From Candidatus Iainarchaeum sp. (lineage in GTDB: Archaea; Iainarchaeota; Iainarchaeia; Iainarchaeales; 0-14-0-20-30-16), in NCBI GenBank assembly GCA_028710695.1, contig JAQTTP010000004.1, positions 1 through 32,000 on the forward strand: a stretch of 32,000 nucleotides of DNA. The letters are read 5' to 3'. A program made the position numbers and the translations under genes. The notes beneath the pieces were generated by a model that was given only the letters and a program-made list of their open reading frames with translations, was not told the origin of the DNA and ran no database searches. Shown piece after piece: positions 18,880 through 26,317 of this stretch (its first letter is position 1; every line of letters begins with the position of its first letter).

Positions 18880-18939
18880 CTGCCCTTTTTCTTTTGCGAA
18901 AGAAAAAGTGTAAGTTGCCCAAAAAGAAAGGCGCTTCGC
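18880..18939 (-). repeat. ~60-nt hairpin repeat, copy A (5' flank of tRNA-Ile)
   Basis: Reverse complement GCGAAGCGCCTTTCTTTTTGGGCAACTTACACTTTTTCTTTCGCAAAAGAAAAAGGGCAG nearly identical to 22163-22224. Confidence 0.85.
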
Positions 18940-19111
18940 AGTTATAAACAGATAGATATGTTTTAGTGCAATTTGTTTTTAAACATTATCTTTTAAATTT
19001 GTGTTTTTTAAGCTGATGGTAGTTAACTTTAAAAAATATCCTATGTTATATAATCTGGTTTTTTAAACAATATGTCTTAAGAATATATTAATACCTTATG
19101 GTTGTGGTGTA

Positions 19112-20020
19112 ATGGGGAAAAAAATACTTCTTGTTGGTGTTGGCTCTATTGGAACTTATCTTGCTTTAAAATTGTCTGCTGGCGGAAATGATGTTACTGT
19201 TTTGCGAAGTAGTAAGCTTAATGGCATAAAAACAGGAGATTCTATAAAAATAAATGGGGCGCCTTTTGTAGTTCCTAATCTTGTTGATGAATTAAAAGAT
19301 AAAGATCCAACTTTTTATGATTATATATTTTTAACTTGTAAAATGTATGATATTAGAAATTTGCTTAAAGAAATTATACAAAAAGGTCTAAAATTTGGAA
19401 CTTTAATATCTATACAGAACTCTTTGTTTGAGGATATGTGGTATTTTGATTACATTAAAGATAAGCCTTTTGTTATTGTGTCTGTTTACGAAGGATTCTT
19501 TTTGGATGGTAGGGACATAAAAAAATCTGATTACAAAGGTTGGTTCGTTGAAGATGATATGCTTGGAAGAGATATTCATAAACTCCTTTTGGGGTCAGAT
19601 ATTGCTGTTTCGCTAGTTTCTGATATAAGAAAGTTGAGGGCGGAAAAAACAGTAATTAACTGTGCTTTGAATGCAATATCTGCGATAGAAGACAAAACCT
19701 TTGCAGAGATGATTGCTAATAGAAAGATTAAACAAGAAATGAAAACTATATTTGACGAAAGCTATGATATTCTTTCAGAATTAGTAAAAATGAAAGCTAA
19801 AAGAATGTTGTGGCAAGAACTGCTTGACCGTGCAAAAGAAATGAAACATTATTCAAGCACCTGGCAAGATGTTAAACAAAACAGGAAAACAGAGATTGCA
19901 TTTTTGAATGGGTATGTGGTAAGTTTATCAAGAAGATTGGGTAAACCTGCGTCCTATAATCAAATAATAATGGATAAGTTTAGGGCAAAGTATCCTGGTT
20001 TGTATTACGTTCAGTTATAA
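19112..20020 (+). CDS. Ketopantoate reductase (ApbA/PanE)-like protein
   Basis: KKILLVGVGSIGTYLALKLSAGGNDVTVLRSSK; DYIFLTCKMYDI; TLISIQNSLFE; RKLRAEKTVINCALNAISAI. Confidence 0.82.
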   Translation: MGKKILLVGVGSIGTYLALKLSAGGNDVTVLRSSKLNGIKTGDSIKINGAPFVVPNLVDELKDKDPTFYDYIFLTCKMYDIRNLLKEIIQKGLKFGTLISIQNSLFEDMWYFDYIKDKPFVIVSVYEGFFLDGRDIKKSDYKGWFVEDDMLGRDIHKLLLGSDIAVSLVSDIRKLRAEKTVINCALNAISAIEDKTFAEMIANRKIKQEMKTIFDESYDILSELVKMKAKRMLWQELLDRAKEMKHYSSTWQDVKQNRKTEIAFLNGYVVSLSRRLGKPASYNQIIMDKFRAKYPGLYYVQL

Positions 20021-20030
20021 AAAAGGAAAA

Positions 20031-20519
20031 TTATTTTTTCTTTCCCTTTTTTTGGATTTTTTTCATCTTTACTTTTATCAGTATCCCTAACTCAACAAAT
20101 ATTATTATTCCCAAGATTAATGCAATTATTGAATCAGAGTTGTAGAATGCAATGTTTGCAATTATACTGCTTAGTAGAGCACCATAAAATAACCCGTTTA
20201 TGAAAATATCCATTGTTAGGAATATTACTCCTACAAGAATTACTATTGTTATGATGTTTATTAACAAAAGTTTATTCTTTTCCTTAGCTTCTCTTGCTGT
20301 TTGGTAATCTTTATAGCAGGCATCCATTTCTGCTTGTTGTGGAGAGAATCCGTTTATGTCATAAACTGGTTTTACCTTACTATAACAATCGTCATAATCA
20401 TTTGTTTTAAAGAAAATATTTGATGCATAAAACACCAAAGAGGTAAATAGTATTGCGATTAAGCCAATAAAAATGAATTCTTTTACTTTATTAATGTCTA
20501 CTGTCATGTCTGACCACAT
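20031..20519 (-). CDS. Hypothetical small membrane protein (about 4 TM)
   Basis: Hydrophobic segments FIFIGLIAILFTSLVFYA, LLLINIITIVILVGVIF, LIALILGIIIFVELGILI; probable start MTVDINKVKEF. Confidence 0.55.
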   Translation of the reverse strand: MWSDMTVDINKVKEFIFIGLIAILFTSLVFYASNIFFKTNDYDDCYSKVKPVYDINGFSPQQAEMDACYKDYQTAREAKEKNKLLLINIITIVILVGVIFLTMDIFINGLFYGALLSSIIANIAFYNSDSIIALILGIIIFVELGILIKVKMKKIQKKGKKK

Positions 20520-20567
20520 ATCATAAAAGACTTGTAGTATTATATATGTTTTTAATTTATATCTTAC

Positions 20568-21200
20568 ATGAATAGGGTAATTAAAACACTGATGCTTTCA
20601 GACATCTTTATACTAACTGGGTTTGGGTTAATAGACCCAATAATGGCTATTTTCTTTAAAGAATACTTAATTGGTGGAACAGTAATTGCTGCAGGAATTG
20701 CTTGGGCTATATTTTTAACAACAAAAAGCATAGTGCAAGTACCATTCTCTAAGTATGTTGACAAACATATGAAAAGTATGGGCTGGTTGATATTTGGTAC
20801 CTTTATGATTGCGCTGGTGCCATTTATCTATATTTTCTCAACCCATATTTGGCATATATATGTGGCTCAGTTTATTCATGGAATCGGGTCAGCAATAGCA
20901 TATTCTACTTGGCTTGGTATCTGGAGCAGGAACTTAGATAAGAACCAAGAAAGCTTTGAGTGGAGCCTATATTCTACTGTTTCTGGGATTGGAACTGCAA
21001 TAACGGCATTTTGTGGTGCTTTAATTGCTCAATATGTTGGCTTTACCTATACCTTTATCATGGTTGGGGCGTTATCATTGCTTGGGTGTGTAGTTTTAAT
21101 GTTTGCAGAATATAAATCTGAAGAGATATACAAGCTTAATTTGAGGAACTATCATAAAAAGCTTCAGAAACGGCATTTATTTGGAAAAGGAATATTATAA
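20568..21200 (+). CDS. MFS-type transporter, half length (about 6 TM)
   Basis: SDIFILTGFGLIDPIMAIFFKEYLIGGTVIAAGIAWAIFLTTKSIVQVPFSKYVDKH; FIHGIGSAIAYSTWLGIWSRNLDKN. Confidence 0.75.
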   Translation: MNRVIKTLMLSDIFILTGFGLIDPIMAIFFKEYLIGGTVIAAGIAWAIFLTTKSIVQVPFSKYVDKHMKSMGWLIFGTFMIALVPFIYIFSTHIWHIYVAQFIHGIGSAIAYSTWLGIWSRNLDKNQESFEWSLYSTVSGIGTAITAFCGALIAQYVGFTYTFIMVGALSLLGCVVLMFAEYKSEEIYKLNLRNYHKKLQKRHLFGKGIL

Positions 21201-21252
21201 CTGTGGCATTCATGTCACTCTTTTCTTTTGAAAACAGACCCCTGCGGTCTGC

Positions 21253-21309
21253 ATTCTTTCTTTTTGGAAGACTGTAGCTTTTTCCTTTCTTTTTAAGAAA
21301 GAAAAAGCT
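21253..21309 (+). repeat. Hairpin repeat, diverged copy C, abutting the RNase P RNA 3' end
   Basis: ATTCTTTCTTTTTGGAAGACTGTAGCTTTTTCCTTTCTTTTTAAGAAAGAAAAAGCT; same layout (CTTTCTTTTTGG ... CTTTTTC(T/C)TTTC..GAAAGAAAAAG) as the tRNA-associated copies, with a perfect-arm hairpin AGCTTTTT...AAAAAGCT. Confidence 0.5.
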
Positions 21310-21539
21310 TAGTAGTAGGGCGTAGGCCACCTTCTGTTTTTAGCTAGCATTAATCTAAGCGCGTTTGCTTGCATCCGTGAAGCAAAACCATCTTTCAGCC
21401 TGATGCAGAAACCTCAATTTTCTATCATAGTAATTCTGCAGGGTGTATTTCTGTTGGTTGTGTCATCCTTCTCAGGATTTTTCTCACATAATGGATGGGC
21501 GGACCTTCCTCCTTGCGGGAGCTAGCCACCTACTACTAA
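21310..21539 (-). ncRNA. rnpB: RNase P RNA (compact, about 230 nt)
   Basis: Reverse complement TTAGTAGTAGG...CCCTACTACTAA (P1 termini pair); GGAGGAAGGTCCGCCC (CR-I like GAGGAAAGTCCG); CAACAGAAATACACCC (CR-II like AACAGAGAGCAAACCG); CAGGCTGAAAGATG; GCTTAGATTAATGCTAGC...ACAGAAGGTGGCCTACG (CR-V/3' like CCTAGATGAATGACTG...ACAGAACCCGGCTTA). TATA-like ATATTATA about 25-30 nt upstream of the 5' end. Confidence 0.85.
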
Positions 21540-21609
21540 TAGATTTATAAACTGAATAAGAATATATTATAATAGCTAATAATTCATATTACTAGTTTTA
21601 GGTGATTTA

Positions 21610-21993
21610 ATGGATGCAAAATTTTATAATGTTAAGGCAGAAGCAAAGGAACTTGTAATTAGTTTAGAAGAGAACGACCCAATATTAATTTCAATTAAGG
21701 ATGCACTAAAGGAAAATAATGTCTTTACTGCAGAATTGATAAGTATGAAGGGAAATATCAAGAATTTTAAAGTAAATTACTTCGAGAAATCATCTCTAAA
21801 AACTATTTCTATATTTGATTCTTGTGAAGTAGTTAAATGTAGCGGAGAATTCAAATACGACTTGGGTCCAGACAAGCTTTTTGGAAGAGCAAGAATAAAC
21901 TATAGGCACAAGGATAAAGTATTTGATGGAATCCTAAACTCTGGATTTGCTTGTGATGGCTTAGAGATCACTCTTAGATTCTATGAACTGTAA
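21610..21993 (+). CDS. PPC/DUF296-like domain protein
   Basis: IKDALKENNVFTAELISMKGNIKNFKVNYFE...CSGEFKYDLGPDKLFGRARINYRHKDKVFDGILNSGFACDGLEITL; pattern resembles PPC domains but weakly. Confidence 0.5.
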   Translation: MDAKFYNVKAEAKELVISLEENDPILISIKDALKENNVFTAELISMKGNIKNFKVNYFEKSSLKTISIFDSCEVVKCSGEFKYDLGPDKLFGRARINYRHKDKVFDGILNSGFACDGLEITLRFYEL

Positions 21994-22025
21994 CCTTTAT
22001 TTTTGCCTTTAGATAGTGAGGCAGG

Positions 22026-22033
22026 TTTATAAA
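22026..22033 (+). promoter_or_regulatory. TATA box of tRNA-Tyr
   Basis: TTTATAAA 30-37 nt upstream of tRNA-Tyr position 1. Confidence 0.6.
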
Positions 22034-22062
22034 GATTTCAGTGAATATATGATTATATTAAT

Positions 22063-22262
22063 CCCGCCTTAGCATAGTGGCTAATGCGTTCGGCTGTAGA
22101 CGACATAGTGAGTATACTCACAGAAAGAGCGCATAACACAATTTAAGGTTTATTACTCCTACGCGAAGCGCCTTTCTTTTTGGGCAGCTTACACTTTTTC
22201 TTTCGCGAAAGAAAAAGGGCAGTAACCGAAAGATCCTTGGTTCAAGTCCGAGAGGCGGGATA
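22063..22262 (+). tRNA. tRNA-Tyr(GTA) with 127-nt intron (22100-22226)
   Basis: CCCGCCT TA GCAT AGTGGCTA ATGC G TTCGG CTGTAG | intron | A CCGAA AGATC CTTGG TTCAAGT CCGAG AGGCGGG A. C1-G72 and A73, anticodon GTA, canonical 37/38 intron; CTGT/GCAG can form the 4-bp central helix of a bulge-helix-bulge with AG|A and TA|A bulges. Confidence 0.95.
22163..22224 (+). repeat. ~60-nt hairpin repeat, copy B (inside the tRNA-Tyr intron)
   Basis: GCGAAGCGCCTTTCTTTTTGGGCAGCTTACACTTTTTCTCTTTCGCGAAAGAAAAAGGGCAG; differs from copy A at two positions plus a 2-nt indel. Confidence 0.85.
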
Positions 22263-22265
22263 AAG

Positions 22266-22287
22266 GAACGGGTTTAATCCCGTTCCA
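22266..22287 (+). terminator. GC-rich hairpin directly after tRNA-Tyr
   Basis: GGAACGGG TTTAAT CCCGTTCC: 8-bp stem, 6-nt loop. Confidence 0.4.
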
Positions 22288-22323
22288 CAAATATTTATAA
22301 TTTTTTCGGTCCTAGTTCTTACA

Positions 22324-23502
22324 ATGGCTTCAATATATCATGATGACAAAAGAATAGCAAATGCAGTCAAAAACTTAAACTCTGATATTAATATTCCACC
22401 AATTGCTAAAGATGAAATAACAAAATATATTGAATACTGTGCAGCAAGAGGAATAAAAAAAGTAAGATTTCCAAAATTAATTGGCGAGTTATCAAAAATG
22501 GCAACACTCTTAAAAAAATCATTTAAAGAGGCAAACAAAGATGACCTTATTTCTTTAGCTGCAAAGATAGAAAGCTTAGATTTAGCAGATTATACAAAAT
22601 ACGAATATAAAGTTGTACTTAAACGATTTTATAAATACTTAGAAGGGCGAGACATTAAGTATCCTGAAAAAATTGATTGGTTAAAACCAAAAGAGCCTAT
22701 GAGTACGAGACTTCCAGAAGACATTCTTACTGAAGAAGAACTATTAAAAATGATAGAATCTGCAGAACACCCAAGAGATAGGGCAATAATGATGTTGCTC
22801 TCTGAAACTGGGTTTAGAGTGGGAGAATTGGCAACTTTAAAAATAAAAAATATTACCTTTGAGACAGAAATGGGTTATGTAAGGGTCGACGGAAAAACAG
22901 GCCCTCGAAGAATACCTATTGTGCCATCAATACCTTACTTGGCGGCATGGTTGGATCTACATCCGCAAAAAAACAACCCAGAAGCCCCTCTGTGGCCTTG
23001 TTTAGCGAATAAAGATAGAAATAATCCAGCACCAATGGGATATAATGCAATTAGAAAATTATTGATAACTATCGGAAAAAGAGCAAAGATTACAAAAAGA
23101 ATAAATCCACATAGTTTTAGGCATGCAAGAGCAACATTAATGGCAAGAAAGAATATCTCTGAACAACAGATGAAACAATATATGGGCTGGTCTCAAAATT
23201 CAAAGGAAGTATCAACTTATGTCCATATGGCAAGTAAAGACTTAAATGATCCCATAAAAAAGCTCTACGGCCTAAAAATCGAAGAAACAGAAAAATCAAA
23301 GTTCGCACCAAAAGACTGCCCAAGGTGTTCAGCAAAAAATTCCCCCAATAGTAACTTTTGTACTAAATGTGCTTGCCCTTTAGATACACAAACATTATTA
23401 GACTATGAGCAACAAAAGAAAGAGAATGAAGATTTATTAGACAAAATATTAACTGATCCAATAATAAGAAAACAAATTGTTTTTAAGCTATTGAATAAAT
23501 AA
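22324..23502 (+). CDS. Tyrosine recombinase/integrase with C-terminal zinc ribbon
   Basis: RDRAIMMLLSETGFRVGELATLKIKNI (catalytic R), INPHSFRHARATLMARK (HxxR), YMGWSQNSKEVSTYVHMA (catalytic Y), CPRCSAKNSPNSNFCTKC zinc ribbon. Confidence 0.92.
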   Translation: MASIYHDDKRIANAVKNLNSDINIPPIAKDEITKYIEYCAARGIKKVRFPKLIGELSKMATLLKKSFKEANKDDLISLAAKIESLDLADYTKYEYKVVLKRFYKYLEGRDIKYPEKIDWLKPKEPMSTRLPEDILTEEELLKMIESAEHPRDRAIMMLLSETGFRVGELATLKIKNITFETEMGYVRVDGKTGPRRIPIVPSIPYLAAWLDLHPQKNNPEAPLWPCLANKDRNNPAPMGYNAIRKLLITIGKRAKITKRINPHSFRHARATLMARKNISEQQMKQYMGWSQNSKEVSTYVHMASKDLNDPIKKLYGLKIEETEKSKFAPKDCPRCSAKNSPNSNFCTKCACPLDTQTLLDYEQQKKENEDLLDKILTDPIIRKQIVFKLLNK

Positions 23503-24477
23503 TCATAAAAAAATGTTTAATTGCTTATTCATTCCAATAGACCCATCTATACAAATTGCTGTATCCATAAAAATCGCAGAATTAACTGGCAAAAGCATTT
23601 TTTCAGTAAATAATTTTGATAGTTCTGATAGGATAAAATTCCAATTTAAAAATTCATCTTTTTGAGACAATATATAAGTTTTAAATTTTTCAGGAGAATA
23701 ATCGGTGCGATTCCTACGATTTTTCAAATAATCAAACACAGCCTTTTTCTTTACGTTTTGATCAACTGAATTAAGGACTAAATTAGAATTACTGTTTAAT
23801 CCATCATAGCCAGAAATACGTATTGCAAAGATATTTACTATAATTATACGAAAAAAACCGTGCAAATCACGGAAATTATTTTTGTTAACTTCACTAAAGG
23901 ATAATTTACTAAATAAACTATAAATATTTTCTTCAAATTCTTTAGCGTTCTTTTGCGCGTCATCATAACTAATTCCAGAAAGTAGATTTTTTCGTAGGAT
24001 TGAATTCATTAACAAAGATCTTACATATGATTCATTAGTATCTGTAATTTTTCTTGTAAATATATAAAAATAAAATAAATATATTGCAAAAATTCCAGTA
24101 ATGGATAAGTTGTTAATTCCCTGTATTGCTCTCAATTCTTTTGCAGGAAAAGTAGAACTAACAAAAGCATTAAATTTATTCCCGTCCTTAGCAGAGATCT
24201 TTTCTATTAGAAGTTTAGGCAAATGTTTTTTTAAAAATAAACTATATACTTTAATCCAATTGATTTCATATGGATTTTTTGTTTTATAATGTCTGGGTAT
24301 AATTATATCATCTAATGTCGAACCAATATTGACCCCTGCCCTTTTTCCCCAATAGTAGTCAAAGGTACTTTTTGTACCTTCAAAAACATCTTGAAATATG
24401 CCGTTATATGTTTTTGGTTTCTCTGCCAAAGATAAAAATGCTTTCGATATTAGTGTATCTACGTAAACTTTATTCAA
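23503..24477 (-). CDS. Hypothetical protein, element cargo
   Basis: 324-aa ORF whose stop abuts the integrase stop (convergent, 0 bp gap); no family recognised. Confidence 0.6.
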   Translation of the reverse strand: MNKVYVDTLISKAFLSLAEKPKTYNGIFQDVFEGTKSTFDYYWGKRAGVNIGSTLDDIIIPRHYKTKNPYEINWIKVYSLFLKKHLPKLLIEKISAKDGNKFNAFVSSTFPAKELRAIQGINNLSITGIFAIYLFYFYIFTRKITDTNESYVRSLLMNSILRKNLLSGISYDDAQKNAKEFEENIYSLFSKLSFSEVNKNNFRDLHGFFRIIIVNIFAIRISGYDGLNSNSNLVLNSVDQNVKKKAVFDYLKNRRNRTDYSPEKFKTYILSQKDEFLNWNFILSELSKLFTEKMLLPVNSAIFMDTAICIDGSIGMNKQLNIFL

Positions 24478-24554
24478 ATAAACACCTTGAAAACTATGAA
24501 TAAAAACATATTCACTACGTAAATAATATAAATGAATCTAAAAGGGGGATAAAA

Positions 24555-24704
24555 ATGGGTAAAGATCGAAAATTATGTGTTATTTTGACGGAGATGGATG
24601 ATAAACTTTTAGCTGAGCTGTCAAAAACATCTGGACTAACAAAATCAAGCATTGTACGTCTACTTTTAAAACGGGCATTGTCGGAGGGCTGGACCCCATG
24701 CTGA
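24555..24704 (+). CDS. Small ribbon-helix-helix (CopG-like) regulator, 49 aa
   Basis: MGKDRKLCVILTEMDDKLLAELSKTSGLTKSSIVRLLLKRALSEGWTPC; preceded by GGGGGAT; too short for the ORF track. Confidence 0.7.
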   Translation: MGKDRKLCVILTEMDDKLLAELSKTSGLTKSSIVRLLLKRALSEGWTPC

Positions 24705-25030
24705 TTTCACAAAGATTAAAAGAATTACAGTTGGAGGCAAATAATATCTCTAATTTACCAATAACTGCACAGTCGCAATACATTTTCTTTGAATTAAATC
24801 TTGATTCCACACAACAAATTAATCAAAACTTTTATTCAGAGATTATAGGGGGTAAACAAAATCTGATTTCCAATATTACTACGAGCCCGTATTATCTGCC
24901 ACAACAGGTAATAACTTGGATATCACAATTTCAAGATATAGCAGGCAAGATTTCTACTGAATTAAATGAAATAAAAATAGCATACGAAAAAACAGTAAGT
25001 TTGAATTCCATATATGGTGATTTAGCATGA
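24698..25030 (+). CDS. Hypothetical protein (element operon gene 2)
   Basis: 110-aa ORF overlapping the RHH gene by 7 nt and the next gene by ATGA. Confidence 0.65.
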   Translation: MLISQRLKELQLEANNISNLPITAQSQYIFFELNLDSTQQINQNFYSEIIGGKQNLISNITTSPYYLPQQVITWISQFQDIAGKISTELNEIKIAYEKTVSLNSIYGDLA

Positions 25031-25806
25031 CTGCAAAAGAAAAAGTATTTGAATTCCTTAAAAAAGAAAATAAACAATATACACCTAAAATAATTTCAAA
25101 GCTCCTTCAGATAGACATAAACACAACACGCGGAGCACTAATAGATCTTTACAAAACAGGGGTAGTTTCAAAGAGCCACCATTATTATTATGTGCCAAAT
25201 GAACAAACCAACGGTGTTGATTACTTGGCCCAAAATTGTGGCGTAAAATATCAGACAAAACAATCAATAATACATAAAGAAAAAGAAATACAGTTAAACC
25301 ACATAAAAATAAGAATAATTTACGGGGAAAAAAATAACCAAGTTACTGCAAAAATTTCCTGTGAGCCTCCAATAAGCATAGAGTTACTTATTGCGGCAAT
25401 ATTAAAAGTAAAGGAAGATATTTTTGAAGAAATAAAAGAACTGCCAAAAGATACAGAAATCCAAATAACAACTTTAGAGTTAAACCAAGATTATCCTAAT
25501 TGGAGGTTTGATGGCATTAACTGCATGACCTTAAATGACGTCTGGGGCTTTTTAAAGATATACAATAAGGATAACCCTACCCGAGTACGTAAAGAGCTAA
25601 GGGCGAGGCTAAAAATAACTCTGGCAGATTTACAACAATTATTAACATACGGAATAACCGAAAGCACAAACAGAGTATATTTAGATCATTCAATTGCAGA
25701 TCTAAAACAAACTATTGCTGTAGATGGTCAAGCAACCAGAAACATTATTTATGCTGCATTAGATAAGCATAACAAGCACATTCCAAGCACAAAGGAGGAG
25801 AATTAA
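25027..25806 (+). CDS. Winged-helix domain protein with uncharacterised C-terminal region (element operon gene 3)
   Basis: KEKVFEFLKKENKQYTPKIISKLLQIDINTTRGALIDLYKTGVVSKSHHYYYVPN N-terminal HTH. Confidence 0.7.
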   Translation: MTAKEKVFEFLKKENKQYTPKIISKLLQIDINTTRGALIDLYKTGVVSKSHHYYYVPNEQTNGVDYLAQNCGVKYQTKQSIIHKEKEIQLNHIKIRIIYGEKNNQVTAKISCEPPISIELLIAAILKVKEDIFEEIKELPKDTEIQITTLELNQDYPNWRFDGINCMTLNDVWGFLKIYNKDNPTRVRKELRARLKITLADLQQLLTYGITESTNRVYLDHSIADLKQTIAVDGQATRNIIYAALDKHNKHIPSTKEEN

Positions 25807-26268
25807 ATGGTTAATTTTAATCCACAACCACAGTTTGGTACTAATTTAAATGCAGTAGACTGTGGTAGGAAGGGGGGAAAAAGCACCACAATTAAGACGG
25901 TATTTGCGAGAGAATTAAAAAAAATCCAAAGCTTGGATGCTAAAGACCATCTACAAAAAACAGAGGTCATAGATAAAAATGGGAATAAAGTCGACATCTA
26001 CACCGTTTTGTTGGCGGGGGAGGATGGTATTGACTGTACTATTAAGAGTATTTTAGGAATATATCTCACTAAACTCGACAGAATGGTACAAAATACAAAG
26101 GATGATTACGAGCAAGTAAGACTTATTAAAGAGTGTATAAAAGCCGTGTGTAAGGTAAAAGAAGTGCTTTATGGCAAGAAAGTACGAGCCCCAGAAGGAC
26201 CAAACATATTTGAGATTCAAAAAGCAACTAAGCTTTTTGAAGAGCTTGAAAAAGACGATGGCAATTAA
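25807..26268 (+). CDS. Hypothetical protein (element operon gene 4)
   Basis: 153-aa ORF whose ATG immediately follows the previous TAA, with GGAGGAG Shine-Dalgarno-like sequence; no family recognised. Confidence 0.65.
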   Translation: MVNFNPQPQFGTNLNAVDCGRKGGKSTTIKTVFARELKKIQSLDAKDHLQKTEVIDKNGNKVDIYTVLLAGEDGIDCTIKSILGIYLTKLDRMVQNTKDDYEQVRLIKECIKAVCKVKEVLYGKKVRAPEGPNIFEIQKATKLFEELEKDDGN

Positions 26269-26317
26269 CCGCCATAAACGCTACAAAGCGCCCACAAATG
26301 GGCTTATAAATCAAATC

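Noticed and set aside
21310-21539. Considered SRP RNA or a group I/II intron fragment
   Set aside because: No SRP GNAR/GGAA helix 8 arrangement seen; the ordered CR-I, CR-II and CR-V-like blocks and P1 ends fit RNase P RNA.
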